This document shows positions 12,775-27,900 of a stretch of DNA of 64,000 nucleotides, in pieces. Made by a program: the position numbers and the translations under genes. The DNA is taken from NCBI GenBank assembly GCA_964016885.1, contig OZ024741.1, forward strand, positions 115,444,001-115,508,000, in the 5' to 3' direction. Within the stretch, counting starts at the first letter, position 1, and the number at the start of each line of letters is the position of its first letter. The stretch is from Eledone cirrhosa (lineage: Eukaryota). Under the pieces are notes generated by a model that did not search any database, was not told where the DNA came from, and saw nothing but the letters and a program-made list of their open reading frames with translations.

Positions 12775-15700
12775 GTTACAATTGTCATAGAATATAGATA
12801 TAACTCTGATTGAAAGATATTCTTGAGGTAGGGGTTACATTTGTTATAGAATAGAGATATAACTCTGTTTGAAAGATGTTCTTGAGCTGGGGTTACATTT
12901 GTCATAGGATATAGATATCACCCTGATGGAAAGATTTTGTAGAGGTGGGGTTACATTTGTCATAGAATATAGATATAACTCTGTTTGAAAGATGTTCTTG
13001 AGATGGGGGTTACATTTGTCATAGAATATAGATATAACTCTGTTTGAAAGATGATCTTGTGGTGGGGGTTACATTTGTCATAGAATATAGATATAACTCT
13101 GATAGAAAGATGTTCTTGAGGTGGGGGTTACATTTGTCATAGGATATAGATATAACTCTGATGGAAAGATGTTTTCTAGGTAGGGGTTACATTTGTCATA
13201 GAATATAGACATAACCCTGATCGAAAGATATTCTTGACATGGGGGTTACATTTGTCATGGAATATAGATATAACTCTTATTGAAAGATTATCTTGAGGTA
13301 GGGGTAACATTTGTCATAGAATATAGATATATCTCTGATTGAAAGATGAGCTTGAGGTAGGGGTTACATTTGTCATAGAATATAGATATAACTCTGATGG
13401 AAAGATGTTTTCTAGGTAGGGGTTACATTTGTCATAGAATATAGACATAACCCTGATCGAAAGATGTTCTTGAGATGGGGGTTACATTTGTCATGGAATA
13501 TAGATATAACTCTTATTGAAAGATTATATTGAGGTAGGGGTAACATTTGTCATAGAATATAGATATAACTCTGAGTGAAAGATGTGCTTGAGGTGGGGGG
13601 GGGGTTACATTTGTCATAGAATATAGATATAACTCTGATTGAAAGATTTTGTTGAGGTGGGGGTTACATTTGTCATAGAATATAGATATATCTCTGATTG
13701 AAAGATGTACTTGAAGGAGGGGTTACATTTGTCATAGAATATAGACATAACCCTGATGGAAAGATGTTCTTGAGGTGGGGGTTACATTTGTCATCGAGTA
13801 TAGATATAACTCTGATTGAAAGATATTCTTGAGGTAGGGGTTACATTTGTTATAGAATTGAGATATAACTCTGTTTGAAAGATGTTCTTTAGATGGGGAT
13901 ACATATGTCATAGAATATAGATATAACTCAGATTGAAAGATGATCTTGAGGTGGGGGTTACATTTGTCATAGAATATAGATATAACTCTGATTGAAAGAT
14001 ATTCTTGAGGTAGCGGTTACATTTGTCATAGATTATAGATATAACTCTGATTGAAAGATATTCTTGAGGTAGGGGTTGCATTTGTCATGGAGTCTAGATA
14101 TAACTCTGATTGAAAGATATTCTTGAGGTAGGGGTTACAATTGTCATAGAATATAGATATAACTCTGATTGAAAGATTTTGTTGAGGTAGGGGCTACATT
14201 TGTCATAGAATATAGATATAACTATGATTGAAAGATGTTCTGGAGGTGGGGTTACATTTGTCATAGAATATAGATATAACTCTGATTGAAAGATATTCTT
14301 GAGGTAGGGGTTACATTTGTTATAGAATAGAGACATAACTCTGTTTGAAAGATGTTCTTGAGCTGGGGTTACATTTGTCATAGGATATAGATATCACCCT
14401 GATGGAAAGATTTTGTAGAGGTGGGGTTACATTTGTCATAGAATATAGATATAACACTGTTTGAAAGATGTTCTTGAGATGGGGGTTACATTTGTCATAG
14501 AATATAGAAAATAATTCTGTTTGAAAGATGTTCTTGTGGTGGGGGTTACATTTGTCATAGAATATAGATATATCTCTGATTGAAAGATGAGCTTGAGGTA
14601 GGGGTTACATTTGTCATAGAATATAGATATAACTCTGATGGAAAGATGTTTTCTAGGTAGGGGTTACATTTGTCATAGAATATAGACATAACCCTGATCG
14701 AAAGATGTTCTTGAGATGGGGGTTACATTTGTCATGGAATATAGATATAACTCTTATTGAAAGATTATCTTGAGGTAGGGGTAACATTTGTCATAGAATA
14801 TAGATATAACTCTGAGTGAAAGATGTGCTTGAGGTGGGGGGGGGGTTACATTTGTCATAGAATATAGATATAACTCTGAGTGAAAGATGTGCTTGAAGTG
14901 GAGGGGGGGTTACATTTGTCATAGAATATAGATATAACTCTGATTGAAAGATATTCTAGATGTAAGGGTTACATTTGTCATAGAATAAAGATATATCTCT
15001 GATTGAAAGATGTACTTGAAGTAGGGGTTACATTTGTCATAGAATATTGATATATCTCTGATTGAAAGATGTACTTGAAGTAGGGGTTACATTTGTCATA
15101 GAATATAGATATAACTCTGATTGAAAGATTTTGTTGAGGTGGGGGTTACATTTGTCATAGAATATAGATATATCTCTGATTGAAAGATGTACTTGAAGGA
15201 GGGGTTACATTTGTCATAGAATATAGACATAACCATGATTGAAAGATGTTCTGGAGGTGGGGGTTACATTTGTTATAGAATATAGATATAACTCTGAATG
15301 CAAGATATACTTAGGTAGGGGTTACATTTGTCATAGAATATAGATATAATTCTGATTGAAAGATTTTGTTGAGGTAGGGGTTATATTTGTCATAGAATAT
15401 AGATATAACTATGATTGAAAGATTTTGTTGAGGTAGGCGTTACATTTGTCATAGAATATAGATATAACTCTGATTGAAAGATGTGGATGAGGTAGGGGTT
15501 ACATTTGTCATAGAATATAGATATAACACTGATTGAAAGATTTTGTTGAGGTAGGGGTTATATTTGTCATAGAATATAGATATAACTATGATTGAAAGAT
15601 ATTCTTGAGGTAGGGGTTACATTTGTCATAGAATAGAGATATAACGCTGATTGAAAGATTATCTTGAAGTAGGGGTTACATTTATCATAGGATATAGATA

Positions 15701-17507
15701 TAACTCAGACTAAAAGATGATCTTGAGGTAGGGGTTACATTTGTTATAGAATATAGATATAACTCTGATTGAAAGATGTTCTTGAGGTGGGGGTTACATT
15801 TGTCATAGAATATAGATATAACTCTGATAGAAAGATGTTCTTGATGTGGCGGTTATATTTGTCATAGAATATAGATATAACTCTGATTGAAAGATGTTCT
15901 TGAGGTGGAGGTTACATTTGTCATAGAATATAGATATAACTCTGATTGAAAGATGTTCTTGAGGTGGGGGTTACATTTTTCATAGAATATAGATATAACT
16001 CTGATAGAAAGATGTTCTTGGGGTAGGGGTTACATTTGTCATAGAATATACATATAATTCTGACTGAAAGACGTTCTTGAGGTGGGGGTTACATTTGTCA
16101 TAGGATATAGATATAACCTTGATTGAAAGATGTTCTTGAGGTGTAGTTACATTTGTCATAGAATATAGATATAACTCTGATTGAAAGATGTTCTTGAGGT
16201 GGGGGTTATATTTGTCATAGAATATAGATATAACTCTGATTGAAAGATGTTCTTGAGGTGGGGGTTACATTTGTCATAGAATATAGATATAACTCTGACT
16301 GAAAGACGTTCTTGAGGTGGGGGTTACATTTGTCATAGGATATAGATATAACCTTGATTGAAAGATGTTCTTGAGGTGTAGTTACATTTGTCATAGAATA
16401 TAGATATAACTCTGATTGAAAGATGTTCTTGAGGTGGGGGTTATATTTGTCATAGAATATAGATATAACTCTGATTGAAAGATGTTCTTGAGGTGGGGGT
16501 TACATTTGTCATAGAATATAGATATAACTCTGAATGCAAGATATTCTTAGGTAGGGGTTACATTTGTCATAGAATATAGATATAACTCTGATTGAAAGAT
16601 TTTGTTGAGGTAGGGGTTAAATTTGTCATAGAATATAGATATAACTATGATTGAAAGATGTTCTTGAGGTAGAGGTTACATTTGTCATAGAATATAGATA
16701 TAACTCTGATTGAAAGATGTGGTTGAGGTAGGGGTTACATTTGTCATAGAATATAGATATAACACTGATCGAAAGATGTTCTTGGGGTTGGGGGGGGGGG
16801 GTTACATTTGTCATAGAATATAGATATAACTCTGATTGAAAGATGTTCCTGAGTTGGGGTTACATTTGTCAAAGAATATAGATATAACTCTGATTGAAAG
16901 ATGTCCTTGGGGTTGGGGTGGTTACATTTGTCATAGAGTATAGATATAACTCTGAGTGAAAGATGTTCTTGAGGTGGGGGTTACATTTGTCATAGAATAT
17001 AGATATAACTCTGATTGAAAGATATTCTTGAGGTAGGGGTTACATTTGTCATAGAGTATAGATATAACTCTGATTGAAAGATATTCTTGAGGTAGGGGTT
17101 ACAATTGTCATAGAATATAGATATAACTCTGATTGAAAGATATTCTTGATGTAGGGGTTACATTTGTCATAGAATATAGATATAACTCTGATTGAAAGAT
17201 TTTGTTGAGGTAGGGGTTACATTTGTCATAGAATATAGATATAACTCTGATTGAAAGATATTCTTGATGAAGGGGTTACATTTGTCATAGAATATAGATA
17301 TAACTATGATTGAAAGATGTTCTGGAGGTGGGGTTACATTTGTCATAGAATATTGATATAACACTGATTGAAAGATTTTGTTGATGTAGGGGTTACGTTT
17401 GTCATAGAATATAGATATAATGTGACTGAAAGATGTTCTTGAGGTAGGGTTACGTTTGTCATAGAATATAGATATAACACTGATTGAAAGATTTTGTTGA
17501 GGTAGGG
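12775..17507 (+). repeat. HOR copy 2, 4,733 bp, with an internal deletion of about 2.77 kb (about 47 monomers)
   Basis: Matches copy 1 at offset about 7,502 up to about 15940, then jumps to sequence matching copy 1 at about 11210 (TACATTTTTC...GAAAGACGTT). ORF offsets 14094->18827 and 12434->17167 are both 4,733. Confidence 0.9.
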
Positions 17508-20500
17508 GTTACAATTGTCATAGAATATAGATATAACTCTGATTGAAAGATATTCTTGAGGTAGGGGTTACATTTGTTATAGAATAGAGATATAACTCTG
17601 TTTGAAAGATGTTCTTGAGCTGGGGTTACATTTGTCATAGGATATAGATATCACCCTGATGGAAAGATTTTGTAGAGGTGGGGTTACATTTGTCATAGAA
17701 TATAGATATAACTCTGTTTGAAAGATGTTCTTGAGATGGGGGTTACATTTGTCATAGAATATAGATATAACTCTGTTTGAAAGATGTTCTTGTGGTGGGG
17801 GTTACATTTGTCATAGAATATAGATATAACTCTGATAGAAAGATGTTCTTGAGGTGGGGGTTACATTTGTCATAGGATATAGATATAACTCTGATGGAAA
17901 GATGTTTTCTAGGTAGGGGTTACATTTGTCATAGAATATAGACATAACCCTGATCGAAAGATATTCTTGACATGGGGGTTACATTTGTCATGGAATATAG
18001 ATATAACTCTTATTGAAAGATTATCTTGAGGTAGGGGTAACATTTGTCATAGAATATAGATATATCTCTGATTGAAAGATGAGCTTGAGGTAGGGGTTAC
18101 ATTTGTCATAGAATATAGATATAACTCTGATGGAAAGATGTTTTCTAGGTAGGGGTTACATTTGTCATAGAATATAGACATAACCCTGATCGAAAGATGT
18201 TCTTGAGATGGGGGTTACATTTGTCATGGAATATAGATATAACTCTTATTGAAAGATTATATTGAGGTAGGGGTAACATTTGTCATAGAATATAGATATA
18301 ACTCTGAGTGAAAGATGTGCTTGAGGTGGGGGGGGGGTTACATTTGTCATAGAATATAGATATAACTCTGATTGAAAGATTTTGTTGAGGTGGGGGTTAC
18401 ATTTGTCATAGAATATAGATATATCTCTGATTGAAAGATGTACTTGAAGGAGGGGTTACATTTGTCATAGAATATAGACATAACCCTGATGGAAAGATGT
18501 TCTTGAGGTGGGGGTTACATTTGTCATCGAGTATAGATATAACTCTGATTGAAAGATATTCTTGAGGTAGGGGTTACATTTGTTATAGAATTGAGATATA
18601 ACTCTGTTTGAAAGATGTTCTTTAGATGGGGATACATATGTCATAGAATATAGATATAACTCAGATTGAAAGATGATCTTGAGGTGGGGGTTACATTTGT
18701 CATAGAATATAGATATAACTCTGATTGAAAGATATTCTTGAGGTAGCGGTTACATTTGTCATAGATTATAGATATAACTCTGATTGAAAGATATTCTTGA
18801 GGTAGGGGTTGCATTTGTCATGGAGTCTAGATATAACTCTGATTGAAAGATATTCTTGAGGTAGGGGTTACAATTGTCATAGAATATAGATATAACTCTG
18901 ATTGAAAGATTTTGTTGAGGTAGGGGCTACATTTGTCATAGAATATAGATATAACTATGATTGAAAGATGTTCTGGAGGTGGGGTTACATTTGTCATAGA
19001 ATATAGATATAACTCTGATTGAAAGATATTCTTGAGGTAGGGGTTACATTTGTTATAGAATAGAGACATAACTCTGTTTGAAAGATGTTCTTGAGCTGGG
19101 GTTACATTTGTCATAGGATATAGATATCACCCTGATGGAAAGATTTTGTAGAGGTGGGGTTACATTTGTCATAGAATATAGATATAACACTGTTTGAAAG
19201 ATGTTCTTGAGATGGGGGTTACATTTGTCATAGAATATAGAAAATAATTCTGTTTGAAAGATGTTCTTGTGGTGGGGGTTACATTTGTCATAGAATATAG
19301 ATATATCTCTGATTGAAAGATGAGCTTGAGGTAGGGGTTACATTTGTCATAGAATATAGATATAACTCTGATGGAAAGATGTTTTCTAGGTAGGGGTTAC
19401 ATTTGTCATAGAATATAGACATAACCCTGATCGAAAGATGTTCTTGAGATGGGGGTTACATTTGTCATGGAATATAGATATAACTCTTATTGAAAGATTA
19501 TCTTGAGGTAGGGGTAACATTTGTCATAGAATATAGATATAACTCTGAGTGAAAGATGTGCTTGAGGTGGGGGGGGGTTACATTTGTCATAGAATATAGA
19601 TATAACTCTGAGTGAAAGATGTGCTTGAAGTGGAGGGGGGGTTACATTTGTCATAGAATATAGATATAACTCTGATTGAAAGATATTCTAGATGTAAGGG
19701 TTACATTTGTCATAGAATAAAGATATATCTCTGATTGAAAGATGTACTTGAAGTAGGGGTTACATTTGTCATAGAATATTGATATATCTCTGATTGAAAG
19801 ATGTACTTGAAGTAGGGGTTACATTTGTCATAGAATATAGATATAACTCTGATTGAAAGATTTTGTTGAGGTGGGGGTTACATTTGTCATAGAATATAGA
19901 TATATCTCTGATTGAAAGATGTACTTGAAGGAGGGGTTACATTTGTCATAGAATATAGACATAACCATGATTGAAAGATGTTCTGGAGGTGGGGGTTACA
20001 TTTGTTATAGAATATAGATATAACTCTGAATGCAAGATATACTTAGGTAGGGGTTACATTTGTCATAGAATATAGATATAATTCTGATTGAAAGATTTTG
20101 TTGAGGTAGGGGTTATATTTGTCATAGAATATAGATATAACTATGATTGAAAGATTTTGTTGAGGTAGGCGTTACATTTGTCATAGAATATAGATATAAC
20201 TCTGATTGAAAGATGTGGATGAGGTAGGGGTTACATTTGTCATAGAATATAGATATAACACTGATTGAAAGATTTTGTTGAGGTAGGGGTTATATTTGTC
20301 ATAGAATATAGATATAACTATGATTGAAAGATATTCTTGAGGTAGGGGTTACATTTGTCATAGAATAGAGATATAACGCTGATTGAAAGATTATCTTGAA
20401 GTAGGGGTTACATTTATCATAGGATATAGATATAACTCAGACTAAAAGATGATCTTGAGGTAGGGGTTACATTTGTTATAGAATATAGATATAACTCTGA

Positions 20501-23500
20501 TTGAAAGATGTTCTTGAGGTGGGGGTTACATTTGTCATAGAATATAGATATAACTCTGATAGAAAGATGTTCTTGATGTGGCGGTTATATTTGTCATAGA
20601 ATATAGATATAACTCTGATTGAAAGATGTTCTTGAGGTGGAGGTTACATTTGTCATAGAATATAGATATAACTCTGATTGAAAGATGTTCTTGAGGAGGG
20701 GGTTACATTTGTCATAGAATATAGATATAACTCTGATTGAAAGATGTTCTTGATGTGGGGGTTACATTTGTCATAGAATATAGATATAACTCTGATTGAA
20801 AGATGTTCTTGAGGTGGTGGTTACATTTGTCATAGTATATAGATATAACTCTGATTGAAAGATGTTCTTGAGGTGGGGGTTACATTTGTCATAGAATATA
20901 GATATAACTCTGACTGAAAGATGTTCTTGAGGTGGGGGTTACATTTGTCATAGAATATAGATATAACTCTGAGTGAAAGATGTTCTTGAGGTGGGGGTTA
21001 CATTTTTCATAGAATATAGATATAACTCTGATAGAAAGATGTTCTTGGGGTAGGGGTTACATTTGTCATAGAATATACATATAATTCTGACTGAAAGATC
21101 TTCTTGAGGTGGGGGTTACATTTGTCATAGAATATAGATATAACTCTGACTGAAAGATGTTCTTGAGGTGGGGGTTACATTTGTCATAGAATATAGATAT
21201 AACTCTGAGTGAAAGATGTTCTTGAGGTGGGGGTTACATTTTTCATAGAATATAGATATAACTCTGATAGAAAGATGTTCTTGGGGTAGGGGTTACATTT
21301 GTCATAGAATATACATATAATTCTGACTGAAAGATGTTCTTGAGGTGGGGGTTACATTTGTCATAGGATATAGATATAACCTTGATTGAAAGATGTTCTT
21401 GAGGTGGGGTTACATTTGTCATAGAATATAGATATAACTCTGATTGAAAGATGTTCTTGAGGTGGGGGTTACATTTGTCATAGAATATAGATATAACTCT
21501 GATTGAAAGATGTTCTTGAGGTGGGGGTTACATTTGTCATAGAATATAGATATAACTCTGATTGAAAGATGTTCTTGAGGTGGAGGTTACGTTTGTCATA
21601 GAATATAGATATAACTCTGATTGAAAGATGTTCTTGAGGTGGAGGTTACAGTTGTCATAGAATATAGATATAACTCTGATTGAAAGATGTGGTTTAGGTG
21701 GGGGTTACATTTGTCATAGAGTATAGATATAATTCTGACTGAAAGATGTTCTTGAGGTGGGGTTACATTTGTCATAGGATATAGATATAACTCAGACTAA
21801 AAGATGATCTTGAGGTAGGGGTTACATTTGTTATAGAATATAGATATAACTCTGATTGAAAGATGTTCTTGAGGTGGGGGTTACATTTGTCATAGAATAT
21901 AGATATAACTCTGATAGAAAGATGTTCTTGAGGTGGGGGTTACATCTGTCACAGAATATAGATATAACTCTGATTGAAAGATGTTCTTGATGTGGAGGTT
22001 ACATTTGTCATAGAATATAGATATAACTCTGATTGAAAGATGTTCTGGAGGTGGGGTTACATTTGTCATAGAATATAGATATAACTCAGACTAAAAGATT
22101 TTGTTGAGGTAGGGTTACATTTGTCATGGAATATAGATATAACTCAGACTAAAAGATTATCTTGAGGTGGGGGTTACATTTGTCATAGAATATAGATATA
22201 ACTCTGATTGAAAGATGTTCTTGAGGTGAGGGTTACATTTGTCATAGAATATAGATATAACTCTGATTGAAAGATGTTCTTGAGGTGGAGGTTACATTTG
22301 TCATAGAATATAGATATAACTCTGGTTGAAAGATGTCGTTGAGGTGGGGGTTACATTTGTCATAGAGTATAGATATAATCTCTGATAGAAATATGTTCTT
22401 GGGGTAGGGGTTACATTTGTCATAGAATATACATATAATTCTGACTGAAAGATGTTCTTGAGGTGGGGGTTACATTTGTCATAGAATATACATATAATTC
22501 TGACTGAAAAATGTTCTTGAGGTGGGGGTTACATTTGTCATAGAATATAGATATAACTCTGATAGAATGATGTTCTTGGGGTAGGGGTTACGTTTGTCAT
22601 AGAATATACATATAATTCTGACTGAAAGATGTTCTTGAGGTGGGGGTTACATTTGTCGTAGGATATAGATATAACCTTGATTGAAAGATGTTCTTGAGGT
22701 GGGGTTACATTTGTCATAGAATATAGATATAACTCTGATTGAAAGATGTTCTTGAGGTGGGGGTTACATTTGTCATAGAATATAGATATAACTCTGATTG
22801 AAAGATGTTCTTGAGGTGGGGGTTACATTTGTCATAGAATATAGATATAACTCTGATTGAAAGATGTTCTTGATGTGCAGGTTACGTTTGTCCTAGAATA
22901 TAGATATAACTCTGATTGAAAGATGTTCTTGAGGTGGAGGTTACATTTGTCATAGAATATAGATATAACTCTGATTGAAAGATGAGGTTGAGGTGTTGGT
23001 TACATTTGTCATAGAGTATAGATATAACTCTGACTGAAAGATGTTCTTGAGGTGGGGGTTACATTTGTCATAGGATATAGATATAACTCAGACTAAAAGA
23101 TGATCTTGAGGTAGGGGTTACATTTGTTATAGAATATAGATATAACTCTGATTGAAAGATGTTCTTGAGGTGGGGGTTACATCTGTCACAGAATATAGAT
23201 ATAACTCTGATTGAAAGATGTTCTTGATGTGGAGGTTACATTTGTCATAGAATATAGATATAACTCTGATTGAAAGATGTTCTGGAGGTGAGGTTACATT
23301 TGTCATAGAATATAGATATAACTCAGACTAAAAGATTTTGTTGAGGTAGGGGTTACATTTGTCATGGAATATAGATATAACTCAGACTAAAAGATTATCT
23401 TGAGGTGGGGGTTACATTTGTCATAGAATATAGATATACCTCTGAGTGAAAGATGTTCTTGAGGTGGGGGTTACATTTTTCATAGAATATAGATATAACT

Positions 23501-24948
23501 CTGATAGAAAGATGTTCTTGGGGTAGGGGTTACATTTGTCATAGAATATACATATAATTCTGACTGAAAGACGTTCTTGAGGTGGGGGTTACATTTGTCA
23601 TAGGATATAGATATAACCTTGATTGAAAGATGTTCTTGAGGTGTAGTTACATTTGTCATAGAATATAGATATAACTCTGATTGAAAGATGTTCTTGAGGT
23701 GGGGGTTATATTTGTCATAGAATATAGATATAACTCTGATTGAAAGATGTTCTTGAGGTGGGGGTTACATTTGTCATAGAATATAGATATAACTCTGACT
23801 GAAAGACGTTCTTGAGGTGGGGGTTACATTTGTCATAGGATATAGATATAACCTTGATTGAAAGATGTTCTTGAGGTGTAGTTACATTTGTCATAGAATA
23901 TAGATATAACTCTGATTGAAAGATGTTCTTGAGGTGGGGGTTATATTTGTCATAGAATATAGATATAACTCTGATTGAAAGATGTTCTTGAGGTGGGGGT
24001 TACATTTGTCATAGAATATAGATATAACTCTGAATGCAAGATATTCTTAGGTAGGGGTTACATTTGTCATAGAATATAGATATAACTCTGATTGAAAGAT
24101 TTTGTTGAGGTAGGGGTTAAATTTGTCATAGAATATAGATATAACTATGATTGAAAGATGTTCTTGAGGTAGAGGTTACATTTGTCATAGAATATAGATA
24201 TAACTCTGATTGAAAGATGTGGTTGAGGTAGGGGTTACATTTGTCATAGAATATAGATATAACACTGATCGAAAGATGTTCTTGGGGTTGGGGGGGGGGG
24301 TTACATTTGTCAAAGAATATAGATATAACTCTGATTGAAAGATGTCCTTGGGGTTGGGGTGGTTACATTTGTCATAGAGTATAGATATAACTCTGAGTGA
24401 AAGATGTTCTTGAGGTGGGGGTTACATTTGTCATAGAATATAGATATAACTCTGATTGAAAGATATTCTTGAGGTAGGGGTTACATTTGTCATAGAGTAT
24501 AGATATAACTCTGATTGAAAGATATTCTTGAGGTAGGGGTTACAATTGTCATAGAATATAGATATAACTCTGATTGAAAGATATTCTTGATGTAGGGGTT
24601 ACATTTGTCATAGAATATAGATATAACTCTGATTGAAAGATTTTGTTGAGGTAGGGGTTACATTTGTCATAGAATATAGATATAACTCTGATTGAAAGAT
24701 ATTCTTGATGAAGGGGTTACATTTGTCATAGAATATAGATATAACTATGATTGAAAGATGTTCTGGAGGTGGGGTTACATTTGTCATAGAATATTGATAT
24801 AACACTGATTGAAAGATTTTGTTGATGTAGGGGTTACGTTTGTCATAGAATATAGATATAATGTGACTGAAAGATGTTCTTGAGGTAGGGTTACGTTTGT
24901 CATAGAATATAGATATAACACTGATTGAAAGATTTTGTTGAGGTAGGG
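17508..24948 (+). repeat. HOR copy 3, 7,441 bp, near-identical to copy 1 but lacking one monomer near 24300
   Basis: Rare variants of copy 1 (TACAGTTG, GTGCAGG, GTCCTAG, GATCTTCTT) recur in the same order. The GTTCCTGAGTT monomer (copy 1 about 12070-12127) is absent. ORF offset 17167->24608 is 7,441. Confidence 0.9.
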
Positions 24949-27900
24949 GTTACAATTGTCATAGAATATAGATATAACTCTGATTGAAAGATATTCTTGA
25001 GGTAGGGGTTACATTTGTTATAGAATAGAGATATAACTCTGTTTGAAAGATGTTCTTGAGCTGGGGTTACATTTGTCATAGGATATAGATATCACCCTGA
25101 TGGAAAGATTTTGTAGAGGTGGGGTTACATTTGTCATAGAATATAGATATAACTCTGTTTGAAAGATGTTCTTGTGATGGGGGTTACATTTGTCATAGAA
25201 TATAGATATAACTCTGTTTGAACGATGTTCTTGTGGTGGGGGTTACATTGTCATAGAATATAGATATAACTCTGATAGAAAGATGTTCTTGAGGTGGGGG
25301 TTACATTTGTCATAGAATATAGATATAACTCTGATGGAAAGATGTTTTCTAGGTAGGGGTTACATTTGTCATAGAATATAGACATAACACTGATTGAAAG
25401 ATTTTGTTGATGTAGGGGTTACGTTTGTCATAGAATATAGATATAATCTGACTGAAAGATGTTCTTGAGGTAGGGTTACGTTTGTCATAGAATATAGATA
25501 TAACACTGATCGAAAGATATTCTTGAGACGGGGGTTACATTTGTCATGGAATATAGATATAACTCTTATTGAAAGATTATCTTGAGGTAGGGGTAACATT
25601 TGTCATAGAATATAGATATAATTCTGATGGAAAGATGTTTTCTAGGTAGGGGTTACATTTGTCATAGAATATAGACATAACCCTGATCGAAAGATGTTCT
25701 TGAGATGGGGGTTACATTTGTCATGGAATATAGATATAACTCTTATTGAAAGATTATATTGAGGTAGGGGTAACATTTGTCATAGAATATAGATATAACT
25801 CTGAGTGAAAGATGTGCTTGAGGTGGGGGGGGGGGTTACATTTATCATAGAATATAGATATAACTCTGATTGAAAGATATTCTAGATGTAAGGGTTACAT
25901 TTGTCATAGAATATAGATATAACTCTGATTGAAAGATTTTGTTGAGGTGGGGGTTACATTTGTCATAGAAAATAGATATATCTCTGATTGAAAGATGTAC
26001 TTGAAGGAGGGGTTACATTTGTCATAGAATATAGACATAACCCTGTTTGAAAGATGTTCTTGTGGTGGGGGTTACATTTGTCATAGAATATAGATATATC
26101 TCTGATTGAAAGATGAGCTTGAGGTAGGGGTTACATTTGTCATAGAATATAGATATAACTCTGATGGAAAGATGTTTTCTAGGTAGGGGTTACATTTGTC
26201 ATAGAATATAGACATAACCCTGATCGAAAGATGTTCTTGAGATGGGGGTTACATTTGTCATGGAATATAGATATAACTCTTATTGAAAGATTATCTTGAG
26301 GTAGGGGTAACATTTGTCATAGAATATAGATATAACTCTGAGTGAAAGATGTGCTTGAGGTGGGGGGGGGGTTACATTTGTCATAGAATATAGATATAAC
26401 TCTGAGTGAAAGATGTGCTTGAAGTGGAGGGGGGGGTTACATTTGTCATAGAATATAGATATAACTCTGATTGAAAGATATTCTAGATGTAAGGGTTACA
26501 TTTGTCATAGAATAAAGATATATCTCTGATTGAAAGATGTACTTGAAGTAGGGGTTACATTTGTCATAGAATATTGATATATCTCTGATTGAAAGATGTA
26601 CTTGAAGTAGGGGTTACATTTGTCATAGAATATAGATATAACTCTGATTGAAAGATTTTGTTGAGGTGGGGGTTACATTTGTCATAGAATATAGATATAT
26701 CTCTGATTGAAAGATGTACTTGAAGGAGGGGTTACATTTGTCATAGAATATAGACATAACCATGATTGAAAGATGTTCTGGAGGTGGGGGTTACATTTGT
26801 CATAGAATATAGATATAACTCTGAATGCAAGATATACTTAGGTAGGGGTTACATTTGTCATAGAATATAGATATAATTCTGATTGAAAGATTTTGTTGAG
26901 GTAGGGGTTATATTTGTCATAGAATATAGATATAACTATGATTGAAAGATTTTGTTGAGGTAGGCGTTACATTTGTCATAGAATATAGATATAACTCTGA
27001 TTGAAAGATGTGGATGAGGTAGGGGTTACATTTGTCATAGAATATAGATATAACACTGATTGAAAGATTTTGTTGAGGTAGGGGTTATATTTGTCATAGA
27101 ATATAGATATAACTATGATTGAAAGATATTCTTGAGGTAGGGGTTACATTTGTCATAGAATAGAGATATAACGCTGATTGAAAGATTATCTTGAAGTAGG
27201 GGTTACATTTATCATAGGATATAGATATAACTCAGACTAAAAGATGATCTTGAGGTAGGGGTTACATTTGTTATAGAATATAGATATAACTCTGATTGAA
27301 AGATGTTCTTGAGGTGGGGGTTACATTTGTCATAGAATATAGATATAACTCTGATAGAAAGATGTTCTTGATGTGGCGGTTATATTTGTCATAGAATATA
27401 GATATAACTCTGATTGAAAGATGTTCTTGAGGTGGAGGTTACATTTGTCATAGAATATAGATATAACTCTGATTGAAAGATGTTCTTGAGGAGGGGGTTA
27501 CATTTGTCATAGAATATAGATATAACTCTGATTGAAAGATGTTCTTGATGTGGGGGTTACATTTGTCATAGAATATAGATATAACTCTGATTGAAAGATG
27601 TTCTTGAGGTGGTGGTTACATTTGTCATAGTATATAGATATAACTCTGATTGAAAGATGTTCTTGAGGTGGGGGTTACATTTGTCATAGAATATAGATAT
27701 AACTCTGACTGAAAGATGTTCTTGAGGTGGGGGTTACATTTGTCATAGAATATAGATATAACTCTGAGTGAAAGATGTTCTTGAGGTGGGGGTTACATTT
27801 TTCATAGAATATAGATATAACTCTGATAGAAAGATGTTCTTGGGGTAGGGGTTACATTTGTCATAGAATATACATATAATTCTGACTGAAAGATGTTCTT

